DNA of 32,000 nucleotides from Desulfatiglandales bacterium (GTDB lineage Bacteria; Desulfobacterota; DSM-4660; Desulfatiglandales; Desulfatiglandaceae), in assembly GCA_963662465.1 (NCBI GenBank), contig OY759599.1, forward strand, positions 6,253,292 through 6,285,291, given 5' to 3'. The position numbers were made by a program, and so were the translations under genes. Below the pieces are notes generated by a model, which saw only the letters and a program-made list of their open reading frames with translations, ran no database searches and was not told the DNA's origin. Positions 1 through 6,947 of this stretch are shown here, in pieces (the first letter of the stretch is position 1; every line of letters begins with the position of its first letter).

Positions 1-243
1 TGCCACAGCATCCAATTCTATTCCGGAAAGTTCCCTATCCAAGGGAGGCAGGGAGGGCAATACCACATGAATTACCTTCTCTGTGTTTTCCAGGAATCTT
101 ATTTCCACGCCTTCGGGAACGTCAATGCCCGCTTCCTTGAGCACGCCGGCGCTGTCCGTCAGAAGCTTTTCTTTAAATGCTTTGTCGGACCAGGCTTTTT
201 CCACCAGTCTGCCGAACGCTTTTGACGCTTCTTTTTTTTTCAT
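1..243 (-). CDS. NHLP (nitrile hydratase leader peptide) family RiPP precursor, leader region only; core peptide lies beyond position 1
   Basis: Not in ORF track (no stop inside window). Own translation from ATG 243-241 (AAGGAG 7 nt upstream): MKKKEASKAFGRLVEKAWSDKAFKEKLLTDSAGVLKEAGIDVPEGVEIRFLENTEKVIHVVLPSLPPLDRELSGIELDAVA.. Open to position 1. Fits the NHLP leader pattern (KAW.D..FK..LL.D....LKE.GI..PEGVE....EN......VLP ... ELS..EL..VA, normally followed by GG). Confidence 0.8.
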   Translation of the reverse strand, partial: MKKKEASKAFGRLVEKAWSDKAFKEKLLTDSAGVLKEAGIDVPEGVEIRFLENTEKVIHVVLPSLPPLDRELSGIELDAVA

Positions 244-281
244 AGCGTTTCTCCTTTTATGATTGGTGTGAAGGGTTTACT

Positions 282-1775
282 TCATGGGCTTGTGCCCGGT
301 CCGTAAAACTTTCTTTGATTTTCCTGTAAAAAAGCAATGTCCGGCGCCTCGAGCCGGTGAAAGATGCAGACGGCCTTTTCAATGGCATATTTAACCCGGT
401 CGCAATAATCGTCCACGGGATGGAAAAGATCGCCGTTGGCCGCGCGGTTCACGTAGATACAGCCGCCGCCGCAGAAATGGGCGGCCCAGCATCGGGCGCA
501 TTTTTCCAATCGCGTGACCATGGCCCTGAGATACGGTTTCCTGTCCGCCACTGTTTCAAACACGCTCCCCATTTTCATTCCGGGGTCTCCGGTGAACAGC
601 GGACAGGGGAAAAGGTCTCCAGTAACCGACACCCCCAGATACCCTCTGCCGGCGCCGCATCCATACAGGCGTTTTTGTTTTGACATCAAAGCGTAAACAT
701 ATGTTAGCAGCATTTTGGAACCGTGCTTGGGGACGCTTCGGTCCCTGATGGCCTCTAAGGTGATATCGGCTTCATGATCCAGAAAGTCAGAAATGTGCTG
801 CCTCTCTTTCGCTCCTTGGTTTTGCGGCGCCCAGTTGCCGTAAAGGGATGGCATAGCTGGGGTCAGGGTATAGGATGTAAAACCCGTCGACACAATGGCC
901 TCTTTTATTTGGGGTAGGTCTTTCGCCCTTTTGATGGTCGCCCTGCAGCGGGCCCCGGGGATTTTTGCCAGCAGTTTTTCAACATTTTTCGCAACCGTTT
1001 TATAGGACCCGCGGCCGTTCTTAAAGGGCCGGTTTTCATTCTGGATATGCTCCGGACCGTCAAAACTGACCAGGGGGGTAATGCCATGGGCCTTTAAAAA
1101 TGCGATCTTTTCTTCGTCCAGCAATGTGGCATTGGTAGTCATTCCGTATTTCACCTTTTTTCCCAAGGCCTTTCCCTTTTTGTCGGCATGGGCCACCACA
1201 TGCCGGATCAACGGAAAATTCATCAGGGGTTCGCCGCCGCCAAAGAGGATACCCACCGACTTTTTTTGGCCGGATTGTGCCATGAGCCAGTCGACGGCCC
1301 GTGTCGCGGTCGCCTCGTCCATTTTCCCTTCACTGCCGCATTCCCCGGTGTTTCCGTAGCAGTAAACACAGCTGAGGTTGCACTGCCGGGTGACATTCAT
1401 GGTCAGGGTGACCACGGGTTCCCCGGTGAGTATTTTAATGAGATCATTCATCCCGGGGCTCTTTTCCCCGGGCGGATGGGATAAGGCATCTTCCTTCGGG
1501 GCGCCGTCAACCAGGCCCATGTTCTCTAGTTTTTCCATGACGGAGGAAGGGACCGGCATGCCTTTATTGAAGCGGATTCGATCCAATGTATCGGCCATCC
1601 GGTCGTCAATGATCGCACTGGTCATGGCAATTGCGTTCAAAAGATATGAAGTGCCTTCATGTCGGAACAGGTGAAAGGGCGTAAGGGAAACGTTACAAAA
1701 GTACGTTTTTCCGTTGCAATGTATTTCAATATGTTGTGGCAGCATGGGTTGCGGCTCCGTTGACTCCACGCACAA
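282..1775 (-). CDS. radical SAM / SPASM-domain peptide-modifying enzyme
   Basis: 497-aa ORF. CNLSCVYCYG (CxxxCxxC) radical SAM motif, GGGEPL, and a Cys-rich C-terminal SPASM-like region (CGAGRGYLGVSVTGDLFPCP ... CARCWAAHFCGGGC). About 120 aa precede the core (possible peptide-recognition region). Likelier start is ATG at 1745 (GGAG 9 nt upstream). Stop lies 38 nt before the NHLP precursor start. Confidence 0.9.
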   Translation of the reverse strand: MCVESTEPQPMLPQHIEIHCNGKTYFCNVSLTPFHLFRHEGTSYLLNAIAMTSAIIDDRMADTLDRIRFNKGMPVPSSVMEKLENMGLVDGAPKEDALSHPPGEKSPGMNDLIKILTGEPVVTLTMNVTRQCNLSCVYCYGNTGECGSEGKMDEATATRAVDWLMAQSGQKKSVGILFGGGEPLMNFPLIRHVVAHADKKGKALGKKVKYGMTTNATLLDEEKIAFLKAHGITPLVSFDGPEHIQNENRPFKNGRGSYKTVAKNVEKLLAKIPGARCRATIKRAKDLPQIKEAIVSTGFTSYTLTPAMPSLYGNWAPQNQGAKERQHISDFLDHEADITLEAIRDRSVPKHGSKMLLTYVYALMSKQKRLYGCGAGRGYLGVSVTGDLFPCPLFTGDPGMKMGSVFETVADRKPYLRAMVTRLEKCARCWAAHFCGGGCIYVNRAANGDLFHPVDDYCDRVKYAIEKAVCIFHRLEAPDIAFLQENQRKFYGPGTSP

Positions 1776-2758
1776 GACCGAAAGCCCTCGCGATGGGCTT
1801 TGGTCGCTTTATGACTTGACCGGAATGGCAAACCGATGCTTATGGGAGCCTTCGTGCTGTCGTTCACCCAGACAACGGCGTCCCAGGTAGCCTTCCGGGG
1901 TTTTTGTGATCTCAGTGTGAGCGGTGAATTTATAGGTTCCGTCACCTTTTTCATCGACGCTGTAGGTCTCGGGGTATCCGTCAGTATTAGCAGAAGGCCG
2001 AAGACAGGCTTTCCTCAGAATCGTCTTTGGTTTTCATCGGAGGATCGGTTTGGCTTCCGGTTTAAATCTGAAACCCGCGATCAAGTTTTTGAAGACGCAG
2101 GCAGGACTTCAGCGGAGAAAGTGAGTTTGCGACAGACTAACAATGTCCACCAGGAGGGGCAAATGATAATTTGAGGATTTTAAGCATCTGAAAACTCCTA
2201 AATAGAGATTAAGATTTTATTAAAAAAACGAACAATTTTTAATAGAGCAAAATAAAACACACCGTGTCAAGGAAAAAAGGGTCTTCACGAGGGTTCAACG
2301 GTCCATGGGTATAGGTTGAAAAGCTCTTATATCCTTTTTTACAATAAAAGGGAAAATCCGTGCATAGCCAGCAATTCTAATTTTGACCTGAAACAAATTT
2401 TCGAGATTGGTCCTAACTTCGCCCACTCGCACCTCGCGACTGAATTGGCAAGCCTCTGATGCAGCGCAGATTGCAGGACTGGGTGAGAAAAAAAGCGGCA
2501 TTGACAATGGGGACGGGATCCTTTCGAGGGACTCTTTTCTAATGGAAAATTGGCATAAAAATAAAATCAGCCGGCAATTAAGATTTGAGTATTCAAAAAT
2601 AAATGGTATGTTTTTATTTGAGCAGTGGGTAAAACAGGTTCCAGTTCAGGTGGAACATTGATCGCCATTTCAAAACGCTTCATGCGGTGGAAGTGAGACC
2701 TGTGGTTCTTCTTAAGAATCGCCGGTGAAAAACGGGATTGTGAAACGAGGATTAACAC

Positions 2759-3301
2759 ATGAGAAAAGTGCTCTACATTCTGGGTGGATTGGACGACAAC
2801 GACGTGGAGTGGTTGATCGCAAGAGGAGAGCGACGGCGGTTGCCTTCAGGCGAGGTGCTCATTTCCGAGGGGGATATGATTGAGGCCCTTTATATTTTGC
2901 TGGAGGGGGAGTTGGCGGCTTCGGTAAAAACCCATGAGGGTGCCCGTGAGTTGGGCCGCATGGCGGTGGGCGACATGGTGGGGGAGATTTCCTTGGTGGA
3001 CGACCGGCCCGCATCCGCAACCGTCACCGTGGTGCGGGACGCGTATGTATTGGCTATCCCCCGCTCGGCGCTGCTGCAAAAACTGGAAATCGAAGTGGGG
3101 TTCGCGGCAAGGTTCTATCACGCTGTGGCCCAGTTGCTCTCCTACCGCCTGCGGGATAACACGGCTCTGATCGCAGGCGAAGGCGGGCCGCCGGTCCCCG
3201 AGCTGGAGAAGGACGAGGACCTTCTCGGCCTGGATGTGTTGGACAATGTGCATATGGCGGGTCAGCGTTTTTCCCGCATCATGCGGCGGTTGGCCGGTTA
3301 G
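2759..3301 (+). CDS. cyclic nucleotide-binding (CAP/Crp effector-type) domain protein, stand-alone
   Basis: 180-aa ORF, GAGGA 8 nt upstream of ATG. cNMP-binding beta-roll signature GEVLISEGDMIEALYILLEGEL...GDMVGEISLVDDRPASATVTVVRDAYVLAIPRSAL. No HTH follows. Confidence 0.85.
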   Translation: MRKVLYILGGLDDNDVEWLIARGERRRLPSGEVLISEGDMIEALYILLEGELAASVKTHEGARELGRMAVGDMVGEISLVDDRPASATVTVVRDAYVLAIPRSALLQKLEIEVGFAARFYHAVAQLLSYRLRDNTALIAGEGGPPVPELEKDEDLLGLDVLDNVHMAGQRFSRIMRRLAG

Positions 3302-3339
3302 GTCAGAGAAGATTGCTATCAAATGCGGATGAAAAATCT

Positions 3340-3494
3340 GGTTCATCGCGGATTAACGTGAAATCGCGCTTTGAGATTGTTTCGGTTCGGGCTGTAGGTG
3401 CGACTTCAGTCGCACAGGGTCGGCTTAATGTGCGACTGAAGTCGCACCTACAATCGGCTCAGAAGCCAAATCTCACGCGAATCCACGATGAGCC
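3340..3494. mobile_element. miniature (155 bp) member of MITE family 1
   Basis: Ends ggttcatcgcggattaacgtgaaat and (revcomp) ggctcatcgtggattcgcgtgagat match the TIRs of the 448-bp copy at 24129-24576. Interior arm 3393-3416 (tgtaggtgcgacttcagtcgcaca) pairs perfectly with 3429-3452. Each arm is itself palindromic (gtgcgac-ttca-gtcgcac). Confidence 0.6.
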
Positions 3495-3499
3495 ATCTT

Positions 3500-3665
3500 G
3501 GCTCAATGCGGATTAACGTGAAAAAATGTTTCGCCACCAAGAAAAACCTCAGTGCATTCGTCATAAAGAGTCGTATGTATTCGGAACCCGACGATCCCAT
3601 GGTTATTTTTCCCACGTGGTAGGTCAGGGTGCGGCGCGTCCCGTTTTTTCCTCTGACCCTGTGGT
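3500..3665 (+). mobile_element. MITE family 1, left half only, fused to a truncated Rpn-A gene
   Basis: ggctcaatgcggattaacgtgaaaaaatgtttcgccacc... aligns with the left halves of the copies at 24129 and 15864. Homology ends inside a shared ggttgaaa (3663-3670), where Rpn-A codons (A)VETKGDN begin. Confidence 0.6.
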
Positions 3666-4098
3666 TGAAACCAAGGGAGACAACGAGCAGCGATATCGGT
3701 GGAAGCTGATCCTCATTAAAAGACTCTACCGCCAGGGATACGCTAAAGCAGATGTGATCAGGCTGTTTGCATTTATAGATTGGGTCATGTCCCTGCCCGC
3801 GGATATGGAAAAAGGCCTTTGGACGGAAATCCAAAAGTTCGAGGAGGAAACGAAAATGGAATATGTTACCAGCGTGGAAAGAATCGGTATAGAGAAAGGC
3901 ATGGAGAAAGGCAGCCTGAATCTTCTGTGCCGTCTCATTGCGAAGCGGTTTAAAACCGGTTCCGAATCGCTTCCGCCGATCTTCACGGGTTTGCGTGCGG
4001 AAGATATCGAAGATCTTGGAGAGCGTTTCCTGGATGCCGAGAGCGTGGATGAGATTCGTCGATGGGCGGAAGAGAAACGCAGGGCGAGGATGCAGTAG
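3663..4098 (+). pseudogene. Rpn-like family A, 5'-truncated copy A4 (C-terminal ~145 codons); nested ORF 3856-4098 intact
   Basis: Part of ORF 3526-4098. VETKGDNEQRYRWKLILIKRLYRQGY...EIRRWAEEKRRARMQ aligns with the C-terminus of the intact 332/336-aa copies. The first ~45 codons of the tracked ORF are MITE-derived. GAGGAGGA 3841-3848 precedes in-frame ATG 3856. Confidence 0.75.
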
Positions 4099-4423
4099 AG
4101 CAGGGACTCAGCCCATGGATATCTGGGTGGCGCTTTATAAAAAACATCAACGGACGCGGAGCGTCCACCCGGTTGTAATCCTTATCCCGTTCATCCTGTA
4201 TATCCATGTTCATTTTTCCATTGGTTCAAGAAATGGTATGCGTTCACGGGTTCATCGCTTCCTTCGGGATACCATTGTGTCGGAGCTGAAGGTGGAAGGT
4301 TCGTAGTGTGCCCGTAAGGCATGGAGTGGACATGCAACCAAACGTCTCACGGCGTCACTACGAACGTCGCAACAGAGCGCATTAACCCCCGGAAAATCCA
4401 CTTTCGCTGCCGAATAACCTTAG

Positions 4424-4595
4424 AGCCTGTTTAAAAATTATCCCTGCTGCGGTCGGCTGCGGCTTCCGATGGCTGCGTCAGCGACAAAAATGGGTCTTCA
4501 GCGTAGCTCGACTACGCTTTCAGCCCCATTTTTATCGCTTCCTTGCCCTCGAAAACCTCGCTCAACCTCGCGACGGGATAATTTTTAAACAGGCT
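4424..4595. mobile_element. MITE family 2 (172 bp, ~20-bp perfect TIRs)
   Basis: agcctgtttaaaaattatccc ... gggataatttttaaacaggct; the interior is one long imperfect foldback. Absent from the paralogous sequence at 17231-17246 (aaccttagaaacatgg = empty site). TTAG lies on both sides of the insertion. Confidence 0.8.
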
Positions 4596-4623
4596 TTTAG
4601 AACCGTGGACACTGAACCCGTGA

Positions 4624-4947
4624 ATGGTTACAGAAAAAGATAGAGCAAGATATTATGGTACTTCTAAAAAAAGAAACTGCCCCGAATGCGGAGGAGAAAT
4701 GCATTCCCGGCTTATCAATCTTCTATATAAAAAAGAGAAGTGCGAAATTCAGGTTGATGTGATCGGAATACCAGCCAATGTTTGTACGAAATGTTTTTAC
4801 AGAATTATTCCGGGCAAAATCGCAAAATATATTGATTCCCTGGTTGATCCGATATTTGAATCTGAAATCGGGCAGCAGGAAAAAATACTTCCTGCTCCAC
4901 ATGTAGGTATTTGGTTTCTGCCGGCAGAAAGAGAATTTTATTGCTAA
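4624..4947 (+). CDS. YgiT/MqsA-type zinc-ribbon protein; expression uncertain
   Basis: 107 aa with two CxxC knuckles (CPECGGEM ... IPANVCTKCFYRIIPGKIAKYIDSL), as in YgiT-type zinc fingers. Sits on a 312-bp segment (4632-4943) absent from the paralogous locus (17268|17269). ATG and stop are supplied by the flanks; no SD. Confidence 0.45.
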   Translation: MVTEKDRARYYGTSKKRNCPECGGEMHSRLINLLYKKEKCEIQVDVIGIPANVCTKCFYRIIPGKIAKYIDSLVDPIFESEIGQQEKILPAPHVGIWFLPAEREFYC

Positions 4948-5252
4948 TTTTCAATACCTCTGGCTATTCGTGTAATTCGAGTGTGGTTTTTGGCGCTCGA
5001 AGACATTCCTCTGCCAGGGTGCAGTACTCCCGGGAGCTTCCTTGGCATGCCGATCTTTCGGAATACAGTGATGAAGAGATTAAAGGCGCTGTTGTTTTGA
5101 GAGTTGTCTTTCTCCTTTTGAAGCATATTTTTTCAAGCGATCTTCCGGAAAAATTCCCTGGGATTTTGGGTCTGTTAAAAGACCTTCTGAATAAACGAAA
5201 CGGTCTTGAATATCTTGAGACGGTGTTGCGATATGTTAGCTTCAGGGAGTGA
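4944..5252 (+). pseudogene. Rpn/YhgA-like family C, central-region remnant (nuclease N-terminus missing), copy C1
   Basis: ..DLSEYSDEEIKGAVVLRVVFLLLKHIFSSDLPEKFPGILGLLKDLLNKRNGLEYLETVLRYV resembles the post-nuclease region of YhgA/Rpn proteins. Ends at TGA 5250-5252. The C-terminal module that follows is in another frame. Confidence 0.5.
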
Positions 5253-5320
5253 TCAAATAGGCAGTGTCGAGATTGAGGAGAGCGTTAGACAGGTTTTTTG
5301 AAGGTCAGGGAGGAGATATT

Positions 5321-5578
5321 ATGCCAACAGCATCTGAACAATGGATCGAGCAGGGAATTGAGCAGGGAATTGAGCAGGGAATGCAGAAGGGGGCTATGAA
5401 ACTTTTGTCCCGTCAAATTGTGAGGCGTTTTCAGGTCAGCTCTGATTCTGTTCATCCGATCTTTGCCGGCTTAACCACAGAGCAACTTGAAGAATTGGGG
5501 GAGAGGTTTCTTGAAGCTGAAAGTTTGGATGAAATTCAGGCTTGGGCAGAGGAAAAACGGTTGACAAAAGCGCAATAA
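5321..5578 (+). CDS. stand-alone Rpn C-terminal module (IEQG repeats + DUF4351-like helical tail), 85 aa
   Basis: GGGAGGAG 5308-5315, ATG 5321: MPTASEQWIEQGIEQGIEQGMQKGAMKLLSRQIVRRFQVSSDSVHPIFAGLTTEQLEELGERFLEAESLDEIQAWAEEKRLTKAQ. The ORF track extends it to a GTG at 5264. Confidence 0.65.
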   Translation: MPTASEQWIEQGIEQGIEQGMQKGAMKLLSRQIVRRFQVSSDSVHPIFAGLTTEQLEELGERFLEAESLDEIQAWAEEKRLTKAQ

Positions 5579-5587
5579 ATTGCCCTC

Positions 5588-5611
5588 GTTCCTACGCTCC
5601 GGCGTAGGAAC
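5588..5611. repeat. REP-like hairpin; unoccupied group II intron target
   Basis: gttcctacgc-tccg-gcgtaggaac (10-bp stem). The paralogous hairpin at 19805-19826 has the intron abutting it; here attgccct|cgttcc (5586|5587) is uninterrupted. Confidence 0.7.
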
Positions 5612-5829
5612 CCATACCGGGCGGCGTTGACACGCCAGGGCTGAACCCGCCTCCCATGACTTTTTGAAACATGATGTGAAAGTCTTTTTCATACCTTGAA
5701 AACCAACACCAGCTCCAAGCTCCGAGATCCAAATACGTTGCATATTTGTCTGTCAGGTTTTTCCTCAAACGGCTCACGACCAATTATTGGAACTGCAAAG
5801 GGTCTGGTTTCTGGTGGGGTGGGGGGGGG

Positions 5830-6017
5830 ATGCTTGAGGCAATCCAGCGATTCATCGATACCAATTCCCTCGACGCGGTATTTGATGTTCCGGCCTCGAT
5901 TATTGAAACATACAAAGACGATTTTGCGAAATATGTAACCCAGTCCGATTTGCTCCGTTTTCATAAGGTGTTTAACTATGTCCCCATGGCCGCCGGCGGT
6001 GAAAAAACTAGACCTTA
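5830..6017 (+). pseudogene. fragment of AAA_14/DUF4143-type ATPase gene
   Basis: LEAIQRFIDTNSLDAVFDVPASIIETYKDDFAKYVTQSDLLRFHKVFNYVPMAAGGEK resembles the central region of DUF4143 ATPases. No P-loop N-terminus and no C-terminus. Homology with the copy at 21285 starts at a G-tract (5821-5829). Confidence 0.55.
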
Positions 6018-6075
6018 GCAGATAGATTCCGTGTTGTGTCTGGAACTTTTGTTTAGTACAGACACACGGATTGAT
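6018..6075 (+). pseudogene. higA 3'-end remnant (~55 bp)
   Basis: gcagatagattccgtgttgtgtctggaacttttgtttagtacagacacacgg aligns with the last codons and downstream bases of both higA copies (about 13520-13575 and 20956-21011). Confidence 0.5.
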
Positions 6076-6186
6076 TGACAGAGCCCGTCAAATTGTTCAG
6101 AATAAAGTCAAAATTCATTGATAGGTGGCGCAGACTTTACTGGGTTTCCATTTTGATGCTCATAGAAGAGAAACGGGAGATACGCC

Positions 6187-6678
6187 ATGTCAGAGATTGA
6201 CAAATGGGATGAAGTGTTTGAACAACGCCTGACCGGCTTCTTAAAGGAGCATTTGGCCGAGCTCTTGACCAGCGAAGGCCTGAGTCGGCCTGCCAAGGTT
6301 TACGAGATAGAACTTCGGGAGCGGCTTGTGAGGGTGGAAGAGGCGATTAAACACCAGAGCGAGCTGATCCAAAAGACCCTCGACTTCATGGATGTGCGGT
6401 TCGGCGCCGTGGACAAGCGGTTTGAGGCGGTGGACAAGCGGTTCGAGGCGGTGGACAAGCGGTTCGAGGAATTGAGAGAGGATATGAATACACGGTTCGA
6501 GGCCGTGGATAAGCGGTTTGAAGAGCTGAGAGAGGATATGAATACACGGTTCGAGGCCGTGGATAAGCGGTTTGAGGCCGTGGATAGGCGCTTCAACTCG
6601 TTGCAGTGGCTGATAGGGGGAGGGTTTACCTTCCTGACCGTCGTTATCGTCCTTATGAAATTCCTCGTCGGCCCTTGA
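6187..6678 (+). CDS. tail-anchored coiled-coil protein with tandem repeats
   Basis: 163 aa, GGGAGA 7 nt upstream of ATG. Repeats RFEAVDKRFEAVDKRFEAVDKRFEELREDMNTRFEAVDKRFEELREDMNTRFEAVDKRFEAVDRRF (DNA repeats about 6394-6597). Single C-terminal hydrophobic helix LIGGGFTFLTVVIVLMKFLV. Confidence 0.75.
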   Translation: MSEIDKWDEVFEQRLTGFLKEHLAELLTSEGLSRPAKVYEIELRERLVRVEEAIKHQSELIQKTLDFMDVRFGAVDKRFEAVDKRFEAVDKRFEELREDMNTRFEAVDKRFEELREDMNTRFEAVDKRFEAVDRRFNSLQWLIGGGFTFLTVVIVLMKFLVGP

Positions 6679-6817
6679 GTTGCCGCTACGCCATGAATTT
6701 GTACCTTCCTTGAACTGCGCGGGACGTTCATAAGAAACTAAGAAACTCGCCAGGCGTACATTGATTTCCCGCTCGCCGAGGCCGCGTATCGGTTGTTATT
6801 CGAAAATTATTGCAAAG

Positions 6818-6863
6818 CGGCTGATTACGACAGTCCGTGGAAAAACGCTTCGGAATGTTATTT
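6818..6863 (+). pseudogene. Rpn-like family A 5' fragment (codons ADYDSPWKNASECYF)
   Basis: cggctgattacgacagtccgtggaaaaacgct.cggaatg.tatttc matches codons 12-26 of the intact copies (11398.., 22835..). Joined upstream directly to the post-B tail repeat and downstream to REP hairpins. Confidence 0.6.
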
Positions 6864-6868
6864 CCTCT

Positions 6869-6947
6869 CGTTCCCACGCTCCAGCGTGGGAATGCACTGT
6901 GGACGCTCAGCGCCGTTCGCACCGTTCCCACGCAGAGCGTGGGAACG
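6869..6947. repeat. two REP-like hairpins (6869-6894 and 6923-6947)
   Basis: cgttcccacgc-tcca-gcgtgggaatg and cgttcccacgc-aga-gcgtgggaacg. The second ends exactly at the 5' end of intron copy 1. Confidence 0.7.

Noticed and set aside
1809-2187. Coding potential in the 1-kb gap upstream of the rSAM gene: a 16-codon sORF MLKILKLSFAPPGGHC (2137-2187, minus, GGAG upstream) and a start-less 71-codon open frame (1809-2023, minus) reading ..DGYPETYSVDEKGDGTYKFTAHTEITKTPEGYLG..
   Set aside because: The longer frame has no ATG/GTG/TTG start, and the sORF is too short to evaluate without comparative data. Together they look like a decayed small secreted-protein gene, but I cannot support a call. Tracked ORFs 1836-2174 (+) and 1637-1954 (-) show no convincing features.
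3526-3662. N-terminal 45 codons of tracked ORF 3526-4098 (MFRHQEKPQCIRHKESYVFGTRRSHGYFSHVVGQGAARPVFSSDP)
   Set aside because: This stretch is read from MITE family 1 sequence (the same DNA occurs at 15864.. and 24151..), fused by deletion to the Rpn-A 3' part. It is not a genuine protein N-terminus.
4303-4370. 10-bp inverted repeat gttcgtagtg ... cactacgaac spaced by about 44 nt in the spacer after the A4 and A6 copies (also about 17113-17180)
   Set aside because: It is conserved in both copies, but that is expected from the segmental duplication. There is no covariation or recognisable RNA family, so the evidence is insufficient for an ncRNA call.
6300-6731. 143-aa minus-strand ORF full of NRLSTAS repeats
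   Set aside because: It is the antisense frame of the coiled-coil repeat gene 6187-6678; the periodicity simply mirrors the sense-strand repeats.
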